From: a virus
Taxonomy: Duplodnaviria; Caudoviricetes
Length of the DNA stretch: 56,547 bases
Reading direction: 5' to 3' (one strand)
IMG/VR virus record: IMGVR_UViG_3300034116_000182
Coordinates: 1 to 56,547 of that record
Shown: positions 54,628 to 56,547 of the stretch, piece after piece
How positions within the stretch are numbered: the first letter of the stretch is position 1
How the letters are laid out: every line of letters begins with the position of its first letter
Program-made: the position numbers and the translations under genes
Notes under the pieces: model-generated
Told to the model about the DNA's origin: nothing
Databases searched by the model: none
What the model saw: only the letters and a program-made list of their open reading frames with translations

Positions 54628-56547
54628 ATGACAGCGAAGGTCATACAGCTTCAAGTAAAGCCCGGCATCCAGCGGGATGGCACTCTGTTTGCCGCCACTA
54701 CTTATACAGATGGTGAGTGGGTTCGCTTTCAAAACTCCCTCCCACGAAAAATGGGTGGATACAAGGGCGTATTCTTAAACGCTGAAAGTATTCCTCGTGG
54801 CATGACCATGACGTCTGAAGACGGTCTGAACTACGTGGTTGCAGGTTTTTATGATGGCCTTCAGCAGTGGACAACCGATAACGATGACGGTATTGGGTTT
54901 GGCCCAGTTGATTTCACCCTGTCAGGGTTTACAACAAACGCCAATAATCTGTGGCAGTTTGATATTGGTTACGACTCGACTGGTAATGCGACGAATAACT
55001 TGATTGCACACCCCGGTCAAAACCTTGCCGCTATCGACTCCACAGTCAACACCAAACCGTTGATTGGTGACTTCACAGGAACAACGCTTGCTCCAGTTGG
55101 CGTGTTTACTGTCGCAAGTAGCTATTTAAACGGATCAACCATTATTCTCAATGGTGCCAACTATTTGGTGGGTAATGGTCAAACAATATCTGGCACGGGT
55201 ATTACGGCAGGCACAACAATCACCAACACAAACGTCACTGCAAACGTAACCATAACTGGGTATATGGTCGGCACCACGTTGACCGTCACTGTAGCTAACG
55301 ATGGCTCACTGGCTGTTGGTCAAACGATCATTGGTGGTGTTGGTGTTGGCGTATTGCCAAATACGACGATTACAGCGCTTGGAACGGGTATTGGGGGTAT
55401 CGGTACCTACACCATCAATAACTCGCAGACAGTCGGTTCTAGTGGCACTCCTGTGGCCTTCTCGGGAAGTGCAACCACCACATTGACAACTTCAGCCGCA
55501 ATGACGACTGGAACCGTCACAGTTACGTTTGACAACAACATCTCTGTTTCTGGTGGTGTTGTGATGCTTCACCCCTATTTGTTTGTCTACGGTAACAATG
55601 GTCTGATCCAGAACTCAGCCGCTGGGGACTTCTCAAATTGGGTATCTGCTGACGCCAATGCGAACAACGTTGCCACTGGTAAGATTGTCAAAGGTCTACC
55701 ACTGCGTGGCGGTACCACTTCGCCAGCAGGTCTGTTCTGGTCATTAGACTCCCTGATTCGCGTGACATACACTCCTAGCACCGTCAACGGAATCAACTTC
55801 TATTGGAAGTATGACCTACTGACAAGCCAGACCTCCATCATGTCAAGCCAATGCGTGATCGAGTACGACGGCATTTTTTACTGGTGCGCAGTGGATCGTT
55901 TCTTGATGTACAACGGTGTTGTTCAAGAGATCCCCAATACTGCAAATCAAAACTACTTCTTTGACAATCTGAACTATGCACAGCGCCAAAAAGTGTGGTG
56001 TACAAAGGTTCCTCGTTGGGGTGAGATTTGGTGGTTCTATCCAAGGGGCGACGCTACAGAATGCACGGATGCAATCATTTACAACGTGCGTGAAAAGATT
56101 TGGTATGACGCAGGCGAGTCGCCCGGTGCTCAACGCTCTGCAGGCACGTTCTCCGAAGTGTTCCGCAAACCTATTTGGGGCGGTAACGTACAGAACTCAG
56201 AGGGCAACTACACCTTGTGGCAACACGAGACTGGTGTGGACGAGGTGTACTTGACGAACGTGAATGCTATTCGCTCATCGTTTGAGACAAATAACTTGGG
56301 TTGGGTGACTGGTGGCCCCGGTAATCCACAGCTTTCCGGCGACAACCGTTGGCTACGTGTCGAGCGTGTTGAACCTGACTTTGTACAGAACGGCGACATG
56401 AGTTTGTTCGTGATTGGTAAAGGCTACGCAGATGACGTAGATGAAACCTCTGACGCCTATGTATTTGACAATACAACCCTTAAAATTGACATGCGTGAGC
56501 AACGTCGTGAACTGCGTTTGAAATTTGAATCAAACACGTTTAATGGC
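54628..56547 (+). CDS. Tail tubular protein B/nozzle (P22 gp10-like), 662 aa including the part at 1-196
   Basis: Absent from the ORF track because it crosses the contig end; KPGIQRDGT...WVRF...PRKMGG start; EIWWFYP...YN..E..WY; follows the adaptor gene. Confidence 0.85.
   Translation, partial: MTAKVIQLQVKPGIQRDGTLFAATTYTDGEWVRFQNSLPRKMGGYKGVFLNAESIPRGMTMTSEDGLNYVVAGFYDGLQQWTTDNDDGIGFGPVDFTLSGFTTNANNLWQFDIGYDSTGNATNNLIAHPGQNLAAIDSTVNTKPLIGDFTGTTLAPVGVFTVASSYLNGSTIILNGANYLVGNGQTISGTGITAGTTITNTNVTANVTITGYMVGTTLTVTVANDGSLAVGQTIIGGVGVGVLPNTTITALGTGIGGIGTYTINNSQTVGSSGTPVAFSGSATTTLTTSAAMTTGTVTVTFDNNISVSGGVVMLHPYLFVYGNNGLIQNSAAGDFSNWVSADANANNVATGKIVKGLPLRGGTTSPAGLFWSLDSLIRVTYTPSTVNGINFYWKYDLLTSQTSIMSSQCVIEYDGIFYWCAVDRFLMYNGVVQEIPNTANQNYFFDNLNYAQRQKVWCTKVPRWGEIWWFYPRGDATECTDAIIYNVREKIWYDAGESPGAQRSAGTFSEVFRKPIWGGNVQNSEGNYTLWQHETGVDEVYLTNVNAIRSSFETNNLGWVTGGPGNPQLSGDNRWLRVERVEPDFVQNGDMSLFVIGKGYADDVDETSDAYVFDNTTLKIDMREQRRELRLKFESNTFNG
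56421..56547. repeat. Terminal direct repeat, copy 2
   Basis: Identical to 1-127. Confidence 0.97.

Noticed and set aside
439-56547. Alternative genetic code or stop-codon reassignment
   Set aside because: Genes are intact and tightly packed under the standard bacterial code.

Overview
This is a complete, circularly assembled dsDNA tailed-phage genome. The unique length is 56,420 bp; bases 1-127 are repeated at 56421-56547 as an assembly overlap. The architecture is podovirus-like (P22-type tail tubular proteins plus ejection proteins) and resembles uncultured aquatic phages; a betaproteobacterial host is only an inference. Modules: ejection/internal virion proteins (196-9705); leftward recombination operon (PD-(D/E)XK exonuclease, SSB); Cro-like HTH; ParB-like protein, SF2 helicase and TOPRIM primase; RuvC and Ref-like nucleases; a mosaic early region with repeated promoters; terminase; a 1571-aa multi-domain protein; portal; GroES; scaffold; capsid; adaptors; tail fibres with four Gly-rich adhesin paralogues; and a GH108 lysis cassette. 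I recognised no integrase, DNA/RNA polymerase, prohead protease, tRNA or CRISPR array. Main unexplained signals: (1) about 26 copies of a [FYLMKR]-[AK]-x-G-G-x-V peptide in six late proteins, which delimit the ASCH, SGNH and GP88-like domains of a putative polyprotein and may be a cargo-tagging or cleavage system; (2) a -1 frameshift signal in the most motif-rich gene whose alternative frame ends in another GG-x-C terminus; (3) a covarying leader hairpin and a TAAY-N5-GTTA box at six to eight promoters; (4) two C4-like RNA elements and a ~240-nt structured RNA around the replication genes. All family assignments come from motif recognition by eye, not database searches.
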